Source: Thermoplasmataceae archaeon (GTDB lineage: Archaea > Thermoplasmatota > Thermoplasmata > Thermoplasmatales > Thermoplasmataceae). Taken from it: a stretch of 64,000 nucleotides of DNA. A model generated the notes under the pieces. That model worked only from the letters and a program-made list of their open reading frames with translations, searched no databases and was not told the DNA's origin. Made by a program: the position numbers and the translations under genes. Numbering within the stretch: the first letter of the stretch is position 1; every line of letters starts with the position of its first letter. The stretch spans positions 145 through 64,144 of the forward strand of contig JBBYJL010000001.1 in NCBI GenBank assembly GCA_043196285.1, in the 5' to 3' direction. This document shows positions 9,315 through 19,823 of the stretch, one piece after another.

Positions 9315-11250
9315 ACTGAACCCTCCCCTTTACGGAAAATATGTGCGCGGGCCTTGTGTCAGGGGCGAGCCTCACATAGTTGCCGGATCCGTGCCATGTG
9401 TACCTTGACCCGTCAAGCAGGTCTTCGACCGTGTAATTCTCACCATCAGGAATACCAAACAAATCAAGTGGAACATACACCGTCGCCTCATGGGTTTCAA
9501 ACGGATTAATGTTCACTATTATCAGCAGCATACTTGACTTGTCAGAGGAAATTCTTGCATAGGCAATTATATTTGGATTCCCTGCCTGGACAAACACAAG
9601 GCCTGACCTTTCCTGAAGGCATATGTTGAGCTGCCTGATGGAATTCAGTCTCATGATAAGTGGCTTAATGTTTCCTGGAGCATCCCAGTCCCTCTTTCTG
9701 ATCTCGTATTTCTCAGAATTCAGGTACTCCTCCTTTCCATCAATTGCCTGATTTTCGCAGAGTTCAAAGCCGCTATATATTCCCCATAGAGGGGATAGGG
9801 TTGCCGCCAGGATAGCCCTGATCATGAATGCTGGCCTTCCCCCTTTCTGCAGTACGAAGGGAAGTATGTCAGGCGTATTGGTGAATAGCATTGGCCTAAA
9901 GAATGGCCTTATCTCGTCAGAATATATTTCCCTGAAATATTCTTCGATCTCGCTCTTGTAATTCCGCCAGGTGAAATAGGTGTATGACTCGCTGAAACCT
10001 ATCATCGAAAGATGATACATCACCTTTGGTCTGGTGAATGCTTCGGAAAGGAACACAACATCCGGGTACATATCCTTTATAGAAGAAATCAGCCAGTTCC
10101 AAAAGTCGAACGGCTTTGTATGTGGGTTGTCGACTCTGAAAATTCTGATCCCCTTCCCTATCCAGAATAATACGATTTTTCTCAGTTCTTCCCAGAGAAC
10201 TTCACGGTTCTGGCAGTCAAAATTGATCGGGTATATATCGTAATATTTCTTAGGGGGATTCTCAGCATATCTTATTGTTCCGTCAGGTCTGTGGAAGAAC
10301 CATTCTGGGTGCTCTTTCACGTAGGGGTGATCTGGGGAGCACTGGTATGCGAGATCCAATGCAACCCTTATACCGTTCCTTTCACAGGATTCTATGAACT
10401 GATCAAAATCCAGCATTGTTCCCAGTGATTTCTCAATTGAATAATGTCCCCCTTCATGATTCCCTATTGCCCATGGGCTTCCAGGATCATTCTTGCCAGC
10501 CTTCGGGGATCCATTCTTCCCCCTTCTGTTAGTTGTTCCGACTGGGTGGATCGGGGGAAGGTAGATGACGTTAAATCCCATTCTCTTTATATCTGGTATT
10601 CGGGCTATACAGTCTTTGAACGTTCCGCTCTTCCTGGGATCGCTGCCCTGTGATCTCGGGAACATCTCATACCAGGATGCAAATTCTGCGTAAGCGGGAT
10701 CCACGGTGATAGAGATCCATTCAGAATTGACCATGTGATCCCTTTTTTGGTATTTTAGCATGAGTTCTTTTATTATACTGCCTGATGCAAATTCTATGGC
10801 CCCATCGAGGTTCTTCGCTTTCAGGAGATCGAAAAGAGTGGAGAGATCTTTCCTCTCATCTCCGACGGTTCTCTTAAGAGTATCTTCAACGATCGAAATC
10901 CCTGCAGGAAGATCAGCAGAAACATCTTCTCCTGCATTCCTCCATGACCGGACCCTCTCAATCCAGTTGGCAAACTGATCCACCCATGCCTCTACCCTGA
11001 ACTGAACAGTTCCAATCCTCTCGAGAGGCAAGGAAGCATGAAACAGGTCATTTCCGGAGCTCACCAAAGGAACATATTGCAGATCTGCTTCATCAGGAAC
11101 CCTGTATTCAAGGATCCCTGTTACAATATCAGTGCCGTGAGTGTAGATAGAGCAGGAGATCTCAATATTTGATGAAACAACCCCTTTCAAACTGTACGAC
11201 GTATTCACGGGCGAAGGCCTGATATTCTCAATTATCACCCTATTTTCCAT
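9304..11250 (-). CDS. glgE: Alpha-1,4-glucan:maltose-1-phosphate maltosyltransferase GlgE
   Basis: 648 aa. It has the N-terminal IENIRPSPVN... domain typical of GlgE, then FRVDNPHTKPFDFW and FLSEAFTRPK. It overlaps treS by 11 nt. Confidence 0.85.
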   Translation of the reverse strand: MENRVIIENIRPSPVNTSYSLKGVVSSNIEISCSIYTHGTDIVTGILEYRVPDEADLQYVPLVSSGNDLFHASLPLERIGTVQFRVEAWVDQFANWIERVRSWRNAGEDVSADLPAGISIVEDTLKRTVGDERKDLSTLFDLLKAKNLDGAIEFASGSIIKELMLKYQKRDHMVNSEWISITVDPAYAEFASWYEMFPRSQGSDPRKSGTFKDCIARIPDIKRMGFNVIYLPPIHPVGTTNRRGKNGSPKAGKNDPGSPWAIGNHEGGHYSIEKSLGTMLDFDQFIESCERNGIRVALDLAYQCSPDHPYVKEHPEWFFHRPDGTIRYAENPPKKYYDIYPINFDCQNREVLWEELRKIVLFWIGKGIRIFRVDNPHTKPFDFWNWLISSIKDMYPDVVFLSEAFTRPKVMYHLSMIGFSESYTYFTWRNYKSEIEEYFREIYSDEIRPFFRPMLFTNTPDILPFVLQKGGRPAFMIRAILAATLSPLWGIYSGFELCENQAIDGKEEYLNSEKYEIRKRDWDAPGNIKPLIMRLNSIRQLNICLQERSGLVFVQAGNPNIIAYARISSDKSSMLLIIVNINPFETHEATVYVPLDLFGIPDGENYTVEDLLDGSRYTWHGSGNYVRLAPDTRPAHIFSVKGRVQYAT

Positions 11251-13426
11251 TGGCTCTCTCCCTGATTAAGAATATGGCAGCAAGTGGTGGCAGAGTTATT
11301 TCAATGGAATTTTCGAACCCATGCATTCCTGCGGGCACAGAGTTAAATTCTCCTAAGTTTCCCACACCGCTTCCACCATACAGTGTTGAATCGGAATTAA
11401 ATATTTCCTTATACACACCTTTTCCTGGCACTCCTACAGAGTAATTATGCCTGACTATCGGAGTCAAGTTGAATATGCAGATCACAGGTTCCTTATCAAG
11501 GTCAGAGAAGCGCATAAAAGAAAGAACACTCTGAGCACTGTCATTGAAATCTATCCACCTGAATCCACGGTAGTCTGAATCAAGACGGTGGAACTGATTG
11601 TATTTCCTATAGATTGAGTTAAGATCCTTAACCAATCCCATCAACCTGGAATTCATGTCCCTATCAAGCAGTTCCCACTGGAGACCCTCGCTTTCTTTCC
11701 ACTCTCTTGTGACAGCAAATTCATCCCCCATGAACAGAAGTTTCTTTCCTGGACTCGAGAACATGAATGAATATGCTGAACGAAGATTTGCAAACTTCTG
11801 CCACTCATCCCCGGGCATCTTGTTGTACATGGAACCCTTAAGGTGCACAACCTCATCGTGTGAATATGGCAGGATAAACTTCTCACTGAATGCATACCAG
11901 AGTGTAAATGTGAGCATATCCTGATGGTATTTCCTGTATATTGGATCAATGGAAAAATATTCCAGGGTGTCATGCATCCAACCCATGTTCCACTTGAAGT
12001 CAAATCCCAGCCCGCCCAACTCTGACGGTGACGTCACCTTAGGCCAGGCCGTGGACTCTTCCGCCACCGTGATCACTCCGGAATAGTAGTCATGTATCTT
12101 CCTGTTCAGTGTTCTAAGGAAATCAATGGCCTCGAGGTTCTCCCTGCCGCCGTATTTATTTGGGATCCACTCTCCTTCCTTCCTCGAGTAGTCAAGATAC
12201 AGCATGGAGGAGACAGCGTCAATCCTGATTCCGTCAACATGGTACTTCTCCAGCCAGAATATGGCATTTGACAAAAGGAAATTCTTCACCTCGAAACGAC
12301 CATAGTTGAATATCCTCGTCCCCCAGTCAGGGTGCAGTCCAAGTCTTGGATCAGCATGCTCATAAAGATGGGTTCCATCGAATTCTGAGAGCCCCTCTTG
12401 GTCTCCAGGAAAGTGAGCAGGCACCCAGTCAAGTATTACACCTATGTTATGCAAATGGCACCTGTCCACAAAATACATGAAATCGGCTGGAGTACCATAT
12501 CTGGAAGTAGGGGCATAGTAGTTTATGATCTGGTATCCCCAGGACATATCAAGCGGATGCTCCATGATGGGCATTAGCTCTATATGCGTGAATCCTAAAT
12601 CAACAACATATGGTATGAGATTATCTGCAAGATCCCTGAAATTCACGAAGGAATTTGGATCGCTTCTCCTCATAAAGGAACCTGCGTGCACTTCATATAT
12701 TGATAATGGTTTCTTCTCCAGTCTTTCCAGTCCGCGTTTCATGATCCAGTCCCCGTCGTTCCATTCATAGGAAAGATCTGAAACAATGCACGCATTCTTT
12801 GGTCTCATCTCAACACGGAAAGCATAGGGATCCGTCTTAATTCTGATCTTTCCATCTGCCGATGACTGTACTGCAAATTTGTAAAGGTCTCCAGTGGAAA
12901 TTTCGGGTACAAAAACCTCCCATATCCCTGAGAACTGGACATTATCCATTAGAGTGATCCCAGGTCTCCATCGATTGAAATCCCCCATCACACTCACAGT
13001 GATCGCGTTTGGCGCCCATACCCTGAACACCACACCGGCAACTCCTCTCCGGGTCTCTGGATGAGCGCCAAGGGAGTCATAGCTCTTGATCAGATCGCCT
13101 TCCTTGAAGAGATAGATATCGAAGTCAGAAAGTGTGCTCCTGAAGCAGTACGGATCAATCCGGCTTATTGATATTCCGTTTTGATCCACATAGGATATTT
13201 TGTAATTTTCGTCAAGTAAATTCTCATCGACATGGACCTCGAATATACCCGGAGAACCCATCTTTTCCATTTTCGCTCTGCTGCCGTCTAATAGTTCGAG
13301 ATAAACCTCACCGGCTGTATCAGCGATAGTTGATATCCTTAGTTTGTGATCTTTTTCACGAAATCTTCCCAGTACATCTGCAACTCTTTTACCGGTAAAC
13401 ACTTTTTTCAGATCATCCTCATACAA
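11240..13426 (-). CDS. glgB: 1,4-alpha-glucan branching enzyme GlgB (GH13)
   Basis: 728 aa with VILDWVPAHF, VDGIRIDAVSSMLY, TVAEESTAWP and LPYSHDEVVH. It overlaps glgE by 11 nt. Confidence 0.9.
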   Translation of the reverse strand: MYEDDLKKVFTGKRVADVLGRFREKDHKLRISTIADTAGEVYLELLDGSRAKMEKMGSPGIFEVHVDENLLDENYKISYVDQNGISISRIDPYCFRSTLSDFDIYLFKEGDLIKSYDSLGAHPETRRGVAGVVFRVWAPNAITVSVMGDFNRWRPGITLMDNVQFSGIWEVFVPEISTGDLYKFAVQSSADGKIRIKTDPYAFRVEMRPKNACIVSDLSYEWNDGDWIMKRGLERLEKKPLSIYEVHAGSFMRRSDPNSFVNFRDLADNLIPYVVDLGFTHIELMPIMEHPLDMSWGYQIINYYAPTSRYGTPADFMYFVDRCHLHNIGVILDWVPAHFPGDQEGLSEFDGTHLYEHADPRLGLHPDWGTRIFNYGRFEVKNFLLSNAIFWLEKYHVDGIRIDAVSSMLYLDYSRKEGEWIPNKYGGRENLEAIDFLRTLNRKIHDYYSGVITVAEESTAWPKVTSPSELGGLGFDFKWNMGWMHDTLEYFSIDPIYRKYHQDMLTFTLWYAFSEKFILPYSHDEVVHLKGSMYNKMPGDEWQKFANLRSAYSFMFSSPGKKLLFMGDEFAVTREWKESEGLQWELLDRDMNSRLMGLVKDLNSIYRKYNQFHRLDSDYRGFRWIDFNDSAQSVLSFMRFSDLDKEPVICIFNLTPIVRHNYSVGVPGKGVYKEIFNSDSTLYGGSGVGNLGEFNSVPAGMHGFENSIEITLPPLAAIFLIRERANGK

Positions 13427-13645
13427 GTAAAGGCATCCCCTGCAATTTCTGAATAATGTTCAATAGCATTCAGAATCTAAAAAGTTTAGCCATGAACTGT
13501 GTATCTCATTTATTAGTTTGCTGAATATTTCTCACGGTATAAATAAGCTCATCAACAGTCAGACTTAAGGTTGGCCTTTCGATTATTGGATTCAACGAAA
13601 ATTAAAAAAAAGGATTAATTGAACAGCACATATCAGTAGTTATCA

Positions 13646-13654
13646 TTATATAAA
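13646..13654 (+). promoter_or_regulatory. Candidate TATA box (TTATATAAA) for the A-ATPase operon
   Basis: An AT-rich TATA-like element sits about 34 nt upstream of the atpK TTG start (13684). That spacing implies a very short 5' leader. Confidence 0.3.
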
Positions 13655-13683
13655 GAGGACTGATCAGGTTTCGGTGAATATCA

Positions 13684-13905
13684 TTGGTAGCTAATCCTGA
13701 ACTAGCCATAGCAGCTGCAATAGCCATAGCCGGTGGACTGATCGGTACCGGTATGGCACAGCAGGGAATTGGTGCAGCCGGTATGGGAATTATAGCGGAA
13801 AAACCTGAGAAATTCGGTCAGGTGCTTGTATTCTTCGTTATTCCGGAAACCCTCTGGATCATAGGGTTTGTGCTGGGACTTATACTCCTGTTGGGTATAC
13901 TGTAA
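13684..13905 (+). CDS. atpK: A-type ATPase proteolipid subunit K (c subunit)
   Basis: 73 aa forming a two-helix hairpin, with Gly/Ala-rich helix 1 (AIAGGLIGTGMAQQGIGAAG) and the conserved carboxylate in helix 2 (VIPETL). TTG start. Confidence 0.85.
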   Translation: MVANPELAIAAAIAIAGGLIGTGMAQQGIGAAGMGIIAEKPEKFGQVLVFFVIPETLWIIGFVLGLILLLGIL

Positions 13906-13912
13906 GATATTG

Positions 13913-14482
13913 ATGTCTCTAGATAGCATTCTAACCGAGATCGAGGACAAGAAAAGAAAGAGCCTGCAATCTGCACTTGACGACTTCAATCGTGCAAAGG
14001 AAGTCAAGGAGAAGGCTTACAACGCAGAACTGGAGGATCTGAAATCCTACTTTGAAAAGAAGAAGACAGAGGAAGCAGAAAGCGTACAGAGAAGCAGGCT
14101 TGATACATCCATACTTGAGGCAAAAAGAATACTCACTAATAGGAAGAATGAGCTAGTTCAGGAAATGCTGAACAATGCCTCGACATATTTTACGGGAATA
14201 AGGAAAAGGGAGATCTATCCAGCACTGCTTCAAAAAATGGTGCTGGAGGTTGAAAGAGCATTTCCCCAGGGAGGCAGAATTATTGTTAACGGGAAGGACA
14301 AGGAGCTTGTAGAGGGAATGCTGAAATCAGAGAACATCACGGTTGTAAAAGGAGAGATTGATGGCGGGCTTCAGGCGGTATCCAACGACGGATCTCTGGA
14401 AATCGATCTATCATTGTCTTATCTCTGGCAGGACATCAGGGAAAGGATAGCACTTGCGATCTCTGAAAATATAGGTGAGTAG
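13913..14482 (+). CDS. atpE: A-type ATPase subunit E
   Basis: About 189 aa from ATG 13913 (MSLDSILTEIEDKK...). It has a charged coiled-coil N-terminus and a globular C-terminus, and sits in the operon between K and C. Confidence 0.8.
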   Translation: MSLDSILTEIEDKKRKSLQSALDDFNRAKEVKEKAYNAELEDLKSYFEKKKTEEAESVQRSRLDTSILEAKRILTNRKNELVQEMLNNASTYFTGIRKREIYPALLQKMVLEVERAFPQGGRIIVNGKDKELVEGMLKSENITVVKGEIDGGLQAVSNDGSLEIDLSLSYLWQDIRERIALAISENIGE

Positions 14483-14485
14483 TAT

Positions 14486-15547
14486 ATGAACGGTACCTAT
14501 GCCGGAAGCTATGGGAGAGTCAAATCATCCACAACCGAATTTCTCTCGGATGAGTTCATGCGGGCTCTTATCGGCAGAACTCCGGACGAAATCATTCAGG
14601 GACTTCTTGAGACAAGCTACAAGGAAGATCTTGATGCACTTTCTTCCATGTACAGTGGAAACGCGCTCCTTGAGAATTCCATCAACAGGCACATTCTAAA
14701 AAAAAATAAGCTTGCATTATTTGCTCCTCCACCTGGTGCAAAAGACTTTTTAAAAATATATCTTTCCAAATGGGATATTGAGAACATCAAGATCCTGATT
14801 TCCTCAAAAGTACTGGGTCATGAACTCAAGGAAGATGAAAATTTCATAATAAGTTTTCGTGATATACCCATGGGTATTTTTGGAGGAAACATCACACAGG
14901 ATGAGTTTAAGGGACTCATCGGTATAACTTCAATCGAAGGTATCGTTGAGAGCCTTTCCAGGTATCCGGTCGGCGTGGAAATGCTCAAAAAGCTGGATGA
15001 GTACAGGAGGATAGGAGATGTCACCGTTCTGTTCACCGCAATGGACACGTATTACTATTCATCAATAATGGACTCGCTTAAATTCATAAACGGTGATGAG
15101 GAGATTATAAGAAACTATTTCCGTGAAACCATAGATTCCAGGAATTTTATGGTGCTTCTGAAGTCGAAGGAAGTGGATCTGGATTTCCAGATGGTCAAGG
15201 AGGCTCTGAGCAACGGAGGCAGTAATGCCGTAGAGAAGCTTGAGGATCTTTACAGGAACAGCACATTGCAGGAGATAATGCAGAACATGACGGAACGGTT
15301 CTCGCTGGGTGGGTTATCCAGCAAGGATACGATGACAGAGCTTGAATTAAGGGTCCGTGATCAGATCTACAACAAATATCACGTCGCACTGTCCGCCTCA
15401 GCAATCTCGATCAATTCTATTTTTGACTTCATAATAAGGGCAGAAAGGGAGAGAAATGCGCTTCGATCCATAGTGATTGGTAATTCTTACAGGTTACCGG
15501 AGAAAACAATACTGGGTCTTTCCGGACTTGCAAATCATGGTGAGTAA
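14486..15547 (+). CDS. atpC: A-type ATPase subunit C
   Basis: 353 aa and helical. Size and operon position (E-C-F-A-B-D) are typical for the A1Ao C (V-type d) subunit. Confidence 0.8.
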   Translation: MNGTYAGSYGRVKSSTTEFLSDEFMRALIGRTPDEIIQGLLETSYKEDLDALSSMYSGNALLENSINRHILKKNKLALFAPPPGAKDFLKIYLSKWDIENIKILISSKVLGHELKEDENFIISFRDIPMGIFGGNITQDEFKGLIGITSIEGIVESLSRYPVGVEMLKKLDEYRRIGDVTVLFTAMDTYYYSSIMDSLKFINGDEEIIRNYFRETIDSRNFMVLLKSKEVDLDFQMVKEALSNGGSNAVEKLEDLYRNSTLQEIMQNMTERFSLGGLSSKDTMTELELRVRDQIYNKYHVALSASAISINSIFDFIIRAERERNALRSIVIGNSYRLPEKTILGLSGLANHGE

Positions 15548-15550
15548 CTC

Positions 15551-15868
15551 ATGGAAAAAGCAAAGTCAGTGGCAGTTCTCGGAGAACGTGAAATCGTACT
15601 GGGATTCAAGTTGATTGGGATCTCAAACTGCTTTGAGATTAATGAAAAAAACGCGCAGTCCGAAATAAGCAGGATCATTTCCAGAAGAGAGTTTTCACTA
15701 ATAATAATCTCAGAAAACATGATGAGGTACATAGAATCCAAGGCGCTGGAAAGAATGATGGCATCAACAGATCCACTAATAATATTCATTCCAATGCCTG
15801 GTGGAAGAGAAGAGGAATCTGTTTCAAAGCTTGCCAAAAGAATACTGGGAGTAGATATAGGGAGTTGA
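15551..15868 (+). CDS. atpF: A-type ATPase subunit F
   Basis: 105 aa, KSVAVLGEREIVLGFKLIGI...IIIISENM, typical of subunit F. It lies immediately upstream of atpA. Confidence 0.8.
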   Translation: MEKAKSVAVLGEREIVLGFKLIGISNCFEINEKNAQSEISRIISRREFSLIIISENMMRYIESKALERMMASTDPLIIFIPMPGGREEESVSKLAKRILGVDIGS

Positions 15869-15872
15869 GATA

Positions 15873-17636
15873 ATGGGAAAAATTGTAAGGATCTCCGGAC
15901 CAGTGGTTGGTGCGGAAGGAATAGAAGATGCTAGGATGTACGATGTTGTCCGAGTCGGTGAACTTGGACTTGTTGGAGAAATCATCCGTCTGAATTCAGG
16001 GATCGCAACGGTACAGGTCTATGAGGATACTAGTGGTCTCAGACCCGGGGACAAGGTCGAAAATACACATATGCCACTCTCAGTGGAATTGGGTCCGGGT
16101 TTGCTGAAATCTATTTACGATGGTATACAGAGACCGCTGGATGTCATCAGGGAAAGCAGTGGTGACTTCATCAGAAGGGGACTCACTGCGGCACCGCTTG
16201 ACAGGACAAAAAAATGGGTTTTCACACCAACCGCCAGAAAGGGTGACAGAGTTGTTGCTGGTCAGGTCATCGGATTGGTTGACGAGACAAGCCTAATAAA
16301 GCATAAGGTAATGGTTCCACTTGGAATAGAAAGCGGCACTATTGAAAGCCTCGATTCCGGGGAATATACAGTAACGGAAAGAATAGGATCGATTAAGACT
16401 TCCAGGGGAACCGTCGATCTTTTCCTAAAGCAGAACTGGCCTGTGAGGAATCCAAGAAGAGTTATCAACAAGCTTCCACCAAACGAGCCACTCATAACGG
16501 GACAGAGGGTTATTGACACTTTCTTCCCAGTTGCCAAAGGTGGAACAGTAGCAGTTCCCGGACCATTCGGTTCTGGAAAGACTGTGGTTCAGCATCAGCT
16601 CTCCAAGTGGGCAGACAGTGACATCGTTGTCTATGTTGGATGTGGGGAAAGAGGCAACGAGATGACAGAGATCCTAACAACATTCCCTGAACTTCTGGAT
16701 CCAAAGAGCGGCAAGCCTTTGATGGAGCGAACAGTGCTGATTGCAAACACCTCAAACATGCCAGTGGCGGCAAGGGAAGCCTCAATCTATACTGGAATTA
16801 CGATTGCAGAATACTACAGGGATATGGGATATGATATTGCACTGATGGCAGACAGCACCTCTAGGTGGGCAGAAGCACTGAGGGAGATCTCCGGCAGGCT
16901 CGAGGAGATGCCTGGAGAAGAGGGTTACCCTGCATATCTGGGCAGGAGGCTGTCAGAATTCTATGAGAGGTCCGGCAACGCAAATGTGGTCTCGAACGAA
17001 ACACGCAGGGGGTCAATAACAATAGTTGGCGCAGTTTCACCGCCAGGTGGGGACATCTCGGAACCGGTCTCACAGAATACACTTCGGGTCACCAGGGTAT
17101 TCTGGGCGCTTGATGCATCACTCGCTTCAAGAAGACATTTTCCTTCAATAAACTGGCTCAACAGCTATTCACTTTACAGGGATGATCTTTCCAAGTGGTT
17201 CGATACAAATGTCTCGCAGGAATGGAGTGCCACGTACTCTGACGCTATGGGAATTTTGCAGAAGGAGGCCGAACTTCAGGAAATTGTCCAACTGGTAGGA
17301 TATGATGCTCTTCCAGAGAAAGAGAAAGCGGCACTGGATGTTGCAAGGATAATCAGGGAAGACTTCCTCCAGCAGAGTGCTTTTGATGATATTGATACAT
17401 ACTGTTCCGTGAACAAGCAGTTCCTGATGCTGAAGGCAATACTGAGCCTGGGGAAAAACCAGTCGAACATCATTGAAAGAGGGATAACTATGGATCAGCT
17501 CAGATCCTTAAAGGTCAGGGAGGCAATTTCAAGGATGAAGGAGGTAAAAGAGGATCAGGTGAATGACTACTATAAGAATGTCGAATCTGAGATAGCTTCT
17601 GAAATCGCTTCACTTTTACAGGGTGGTAAACAATGA
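15873..17636 (+). CDS. atpA: A-type ATPase catalytic subunit A (no intein)
   Basis: 587 aa with Walker A GPFGSGKT, a contiguous [12 protein letters not shown], and [27 protein letters not shown]. Confidence 0.95.
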   Translation: MGKIVRISGPVVGAEGIEDARMYDVVRVGELGLVGEIIRLNSGIATVQVYEDTSGLRPGDKVENTHMPLSVELGPGLLKSIYDGIQRPLDVIRESSGDFIRRGLTAAPLDRTKKWVFTPTARKGDRVVAGQVIGLVDETSLIKHKVMVPLGIESGTIESLDSGEYTVTERIGSIKTSRGTVDLFLKQNWPVRNPRRVINKLPPNEPLITGQRVIDTFFPVAKGGTVAVPGPFGSGKTVVQHQLSKWADSDIVVYVGCGERGNEMTEILTTFPELLDPKSGKPLMERTVLIANTSNMPVAAREASIYTGITIAEYYRDMGYDIALMADSTSRWAEALREISGRLEEMPGEEGYPAYLGRRLSEFYERSGNANVVSNETRRGSITIVGAVSPPGGDISEPVSQNTLRVTRVFWALDASLASRRHFPSINWLNSYSLYRDDLSKWFDTNVSQEWSATYSDAMGILQKEAELQEIVQLVGYDALPEKEKAALDVARIIREDFLQQSAFDDIDTYCSVNKQFLMLKAILSLGKNQSNIIERGITMDQLRSLKVREAISRMKEVKEDQVNDYYKNVESEIASEIASLLQGGKQ

Positions 17637-19018
17637 TAGGTTTGAATTATAAGTCAATATCACAGATAAGTGGCCCTCTTCTCTTTGTAGATAAGGTCCC
17701 TAATGCGGCATACAACGAGATTGTTGAGATAACGACACCAGACGGTGAGATACGATCAGGACAGGTCCTAGAAACAAGGAACGGGCTTGCCATCGTGCAA
17801 ACATTCGGCCCAACTGCAGGACTGGATAGCGGTAGGACAAAGGTGAGATTCACTGGGAGCATAGCAAGCATCTCAGTTTCTGATGAGATGCTGGGACGCA
17901 TATTTAACGGTCTTGGAAATCCCATAGATCAGGGTCCCCCTATACTCAGCCGGGAAAGGCATGAGATTGTTGGTGACGCAATAAATCCGTATTCGAGGGA
18001 AGAACCGTCAGAGTTTATTCAGACTGGAATATCGACGATTGATGGAATGAACACACTTGTGAGGGGGCAAAAACTTCCAATATTCTCAGGATCGGGTCTT
18101 CCGCATAACAGACTTGCCGCCCAGATAGCGAGGCAGGCAAAGGTGCTTGGCAGCGGAGAAGATTTTGCAGTCATATTTGGTGCCATGGGAATCACGAGTG
18201 AGGAGGCAAATTATTTCATCAATGAGTTCAGGAGCACCGGAGCCATATCGAGGTCAGTCATGTTCCTGAACCTCTCATCAGACCCTTCGATGGAGAGAAT
18301 CATACTTCCAAGGGCAGCCCTGACAGTCGCTGAATTTCTTGCTTATGAAAGGGACATGCATATCCTGGTCATCCTTTCTGATATGACAAATTACTGTGAA
18401 GCGCTGAGAGAAATATCATCTGCAAGGGAGGAAGTACCTGGGAGAAGAGGCTACCCTGGATACATGTATACTGATCTATCCACTATATACGAAAGGGCAG
18501 GAAAGATCAAGGGAAGGACAGGTTCCATAACTCAGATACCCATCCTGACAATGCCGGGCGATGACATAACCAACCCAATCCCAGACCTTACTGGATATAT
18601 CACTGAGGGACAGATAGTAATGAGCAGGGATCTTTTGAGGAGTGGGGTATACCCTCCAGTCAATGTGCTGCCCTCGCTCTCGAGACTGATGAATCAGGGA
18701 ATCGGGAAAGGCAGAACGAGGGACGATCATCGTGGGGTGGCTGATCAGCTTTATTCTGCGTACGCTAACGGGAAGGACCTAAGGTCACTGAGTGCAATAG
18801 TAGGCGAGGAAGCGCTTGGTCCCAACGACAGAAAATATTTAAGATTTGCCGACGACTTCGAGAAAATTTACGTTAAGCAGGGATTCTACGAGGACAGGAC
18901 CATAGAGCAAACACTTGATCTGGGATGGGAACTTCTGTCAAAGCTTCCAGAGGAAGATATGAAACGGGTCAAAAGAGAACAGATACAGAAATATGGTAAA
19001 TGGAAGAAGGTTGAATAA
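17633..19018 (+). CDS. atpB: A-type ATPase subunit B
   Basis: 461 aa with [43 protein letters not shown] and [20 protein letters not shown]. Confidence 0.95.
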   Translation: MIGLNYKSISQISGPLLFVDKVPNAAYNEIVEITTPDGEIRSGQVLETRNGLAIVQTFGPTAGLDSGRTKVRFTGSIASISVSDEMLGRIFNGLGNPIDQGPPILSRERHEIVGDAINPYSREEPSEFIQTGISTIDGMNTLVRGQKLPIFSGSGLPHNRLAAQIARQAKVLGSGEDFAVIFGAMGITSEEANYFINEFRSTGAISRSVMFLNLSSDPSMERIILPRAALTVAEFLAYERDMHILVILSDMTNYCEALREISSAREEVPGRRGYPGYMYTDLSTIYERAGKIKGRTGSITQIPILTMPGDDITNPIPDLTGYITEGQIVMSRDLLRSGVYPPVNVLPSLSRLMNQGIGKGRTRDDHRGVADQLYSAYANGKDLRSLSAIVGEEALGPNDRKYLRFADDFEKIYVKQGFYEDRTIEQTLDLGWELLSKLPEEDMKRVKREQIQKYGKWKKVE

Positions 19019-19656
19019 TGCCTGGCTTGGATCTTAGACCTACAAGAATTGAACTAATAAATACGAACAAGAGGATCAAACTTGCATCAAGAGGTCTGGA
19101 TCTCCTGAAGATGAAGAGATCATCTCTGGTGATGGAATTCTTCAAGATAAGCAGAACGGTCAGCGGAATGAGGGAAAACCTGAGAGGGCTTGTTACCGAG
19201 GCTATCAACTCAATCCAGGTTGCAGAAATACTTAATGGGAGCCTGACTATCGAAAGAATAGCGAACATGTCTGCAGACGATTCGTCAAGCATAAAAACCA
19301 GGAACATCATGGGGGTGAGAATTCCCGAGTTGAAGGTAAACTTTGGCCAATCGCTCGTATCATACATGTACATGGCATCATCCCTTCCAGTGCCTATCAA
19401 TGAGGCGCTGAAAAAATTCCAGCAGGTTTTCAGCATGCTTATAGAGGTGGCAGAGAAGGAAAGTTCTATGCGAAAACTTCTTCATGAGATAGACAAGACA
19501 AAACGACGATCCAATGCTATAGAAAATGTCCTGATACCAGAACTGAAGGATGAGGCGAAGTACATAAGGATGAGGCTTGACGAAATGGAAAGGGACACAT
19601 TTACTACCCTGAAAACGATAAAACGGAAAATGGAAAGCCAGAGGGAGGAAGCATGA
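19018..19656 (+). CDS. atpD: A-type ATPase subunit D
   Basis: 212 aa, LRPTRIELINTNKRIKLASRGLDLLKMKR... central-stalk D signature. Its start overlaps the atpB stop. Confidence 0.9.
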   Translation: MPGLDLRPTRIELINTNKRIKLASRGLDLLKMKRSSLVMEFFKISRTVSGMRENLRGLVTEAINSIQVAEILNGSLTIERIANMSADDSSSIKTRNIMGVRIPELKVNFGQSLVSYMYMASSLPVPINEALKKFQQVFSMLIEVAEKESSMRKLLHEIDKTKRRSNAIENVLIPELKDEAKYIRMRLDEMERDTFTTLKTIKRKMESQREEA

Positions 19657-19823
19657 ATCCGATGAACTATATTAGAAAAAGGTGGAGTGAACCTGTCATT
19701 AAGATAAAGCCAGAGGCAATTCCTGTTGTGAAGAAGTTCAGGCAGATAATTTCAGCCACTTATGCGGCGAATGCTGCAGCAGTTGCAGTGATTTTCTACC
19801 TGATCATCATTGGGTGGTTATAA
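19653..19823 (+). CDS. Unlisted small ORF (56 aa) with a C-terminal transmembrane helix inside the ATPase operon
   Basis: MNPMNYIRKRWSEPVIKIKPEAIPVVKKFRQIISATYAANAAAVAVIFYLIIIGWL*. Its ATG overlaps the atpD stop (ATGA), and its TAA overlaps the ATG at 19823 (TAATG). It is below the track's 60-aa cutoff. Confidence 0.45.
   Translation: MNPMNYIRKRWSEPVIKIKPEAIPVVKKFRQIISATYAANAAAVAVIFYLIIIGWL

Noticed and set aside
16625-16665. I checked atpA for the VMA-type intein known from Thermoplasma atpA genes.
   Set aside because: The insertion-site context [12 protein letters not shown] is contiguous, and the protein has the intein-less length (587 aa). No intein is present.
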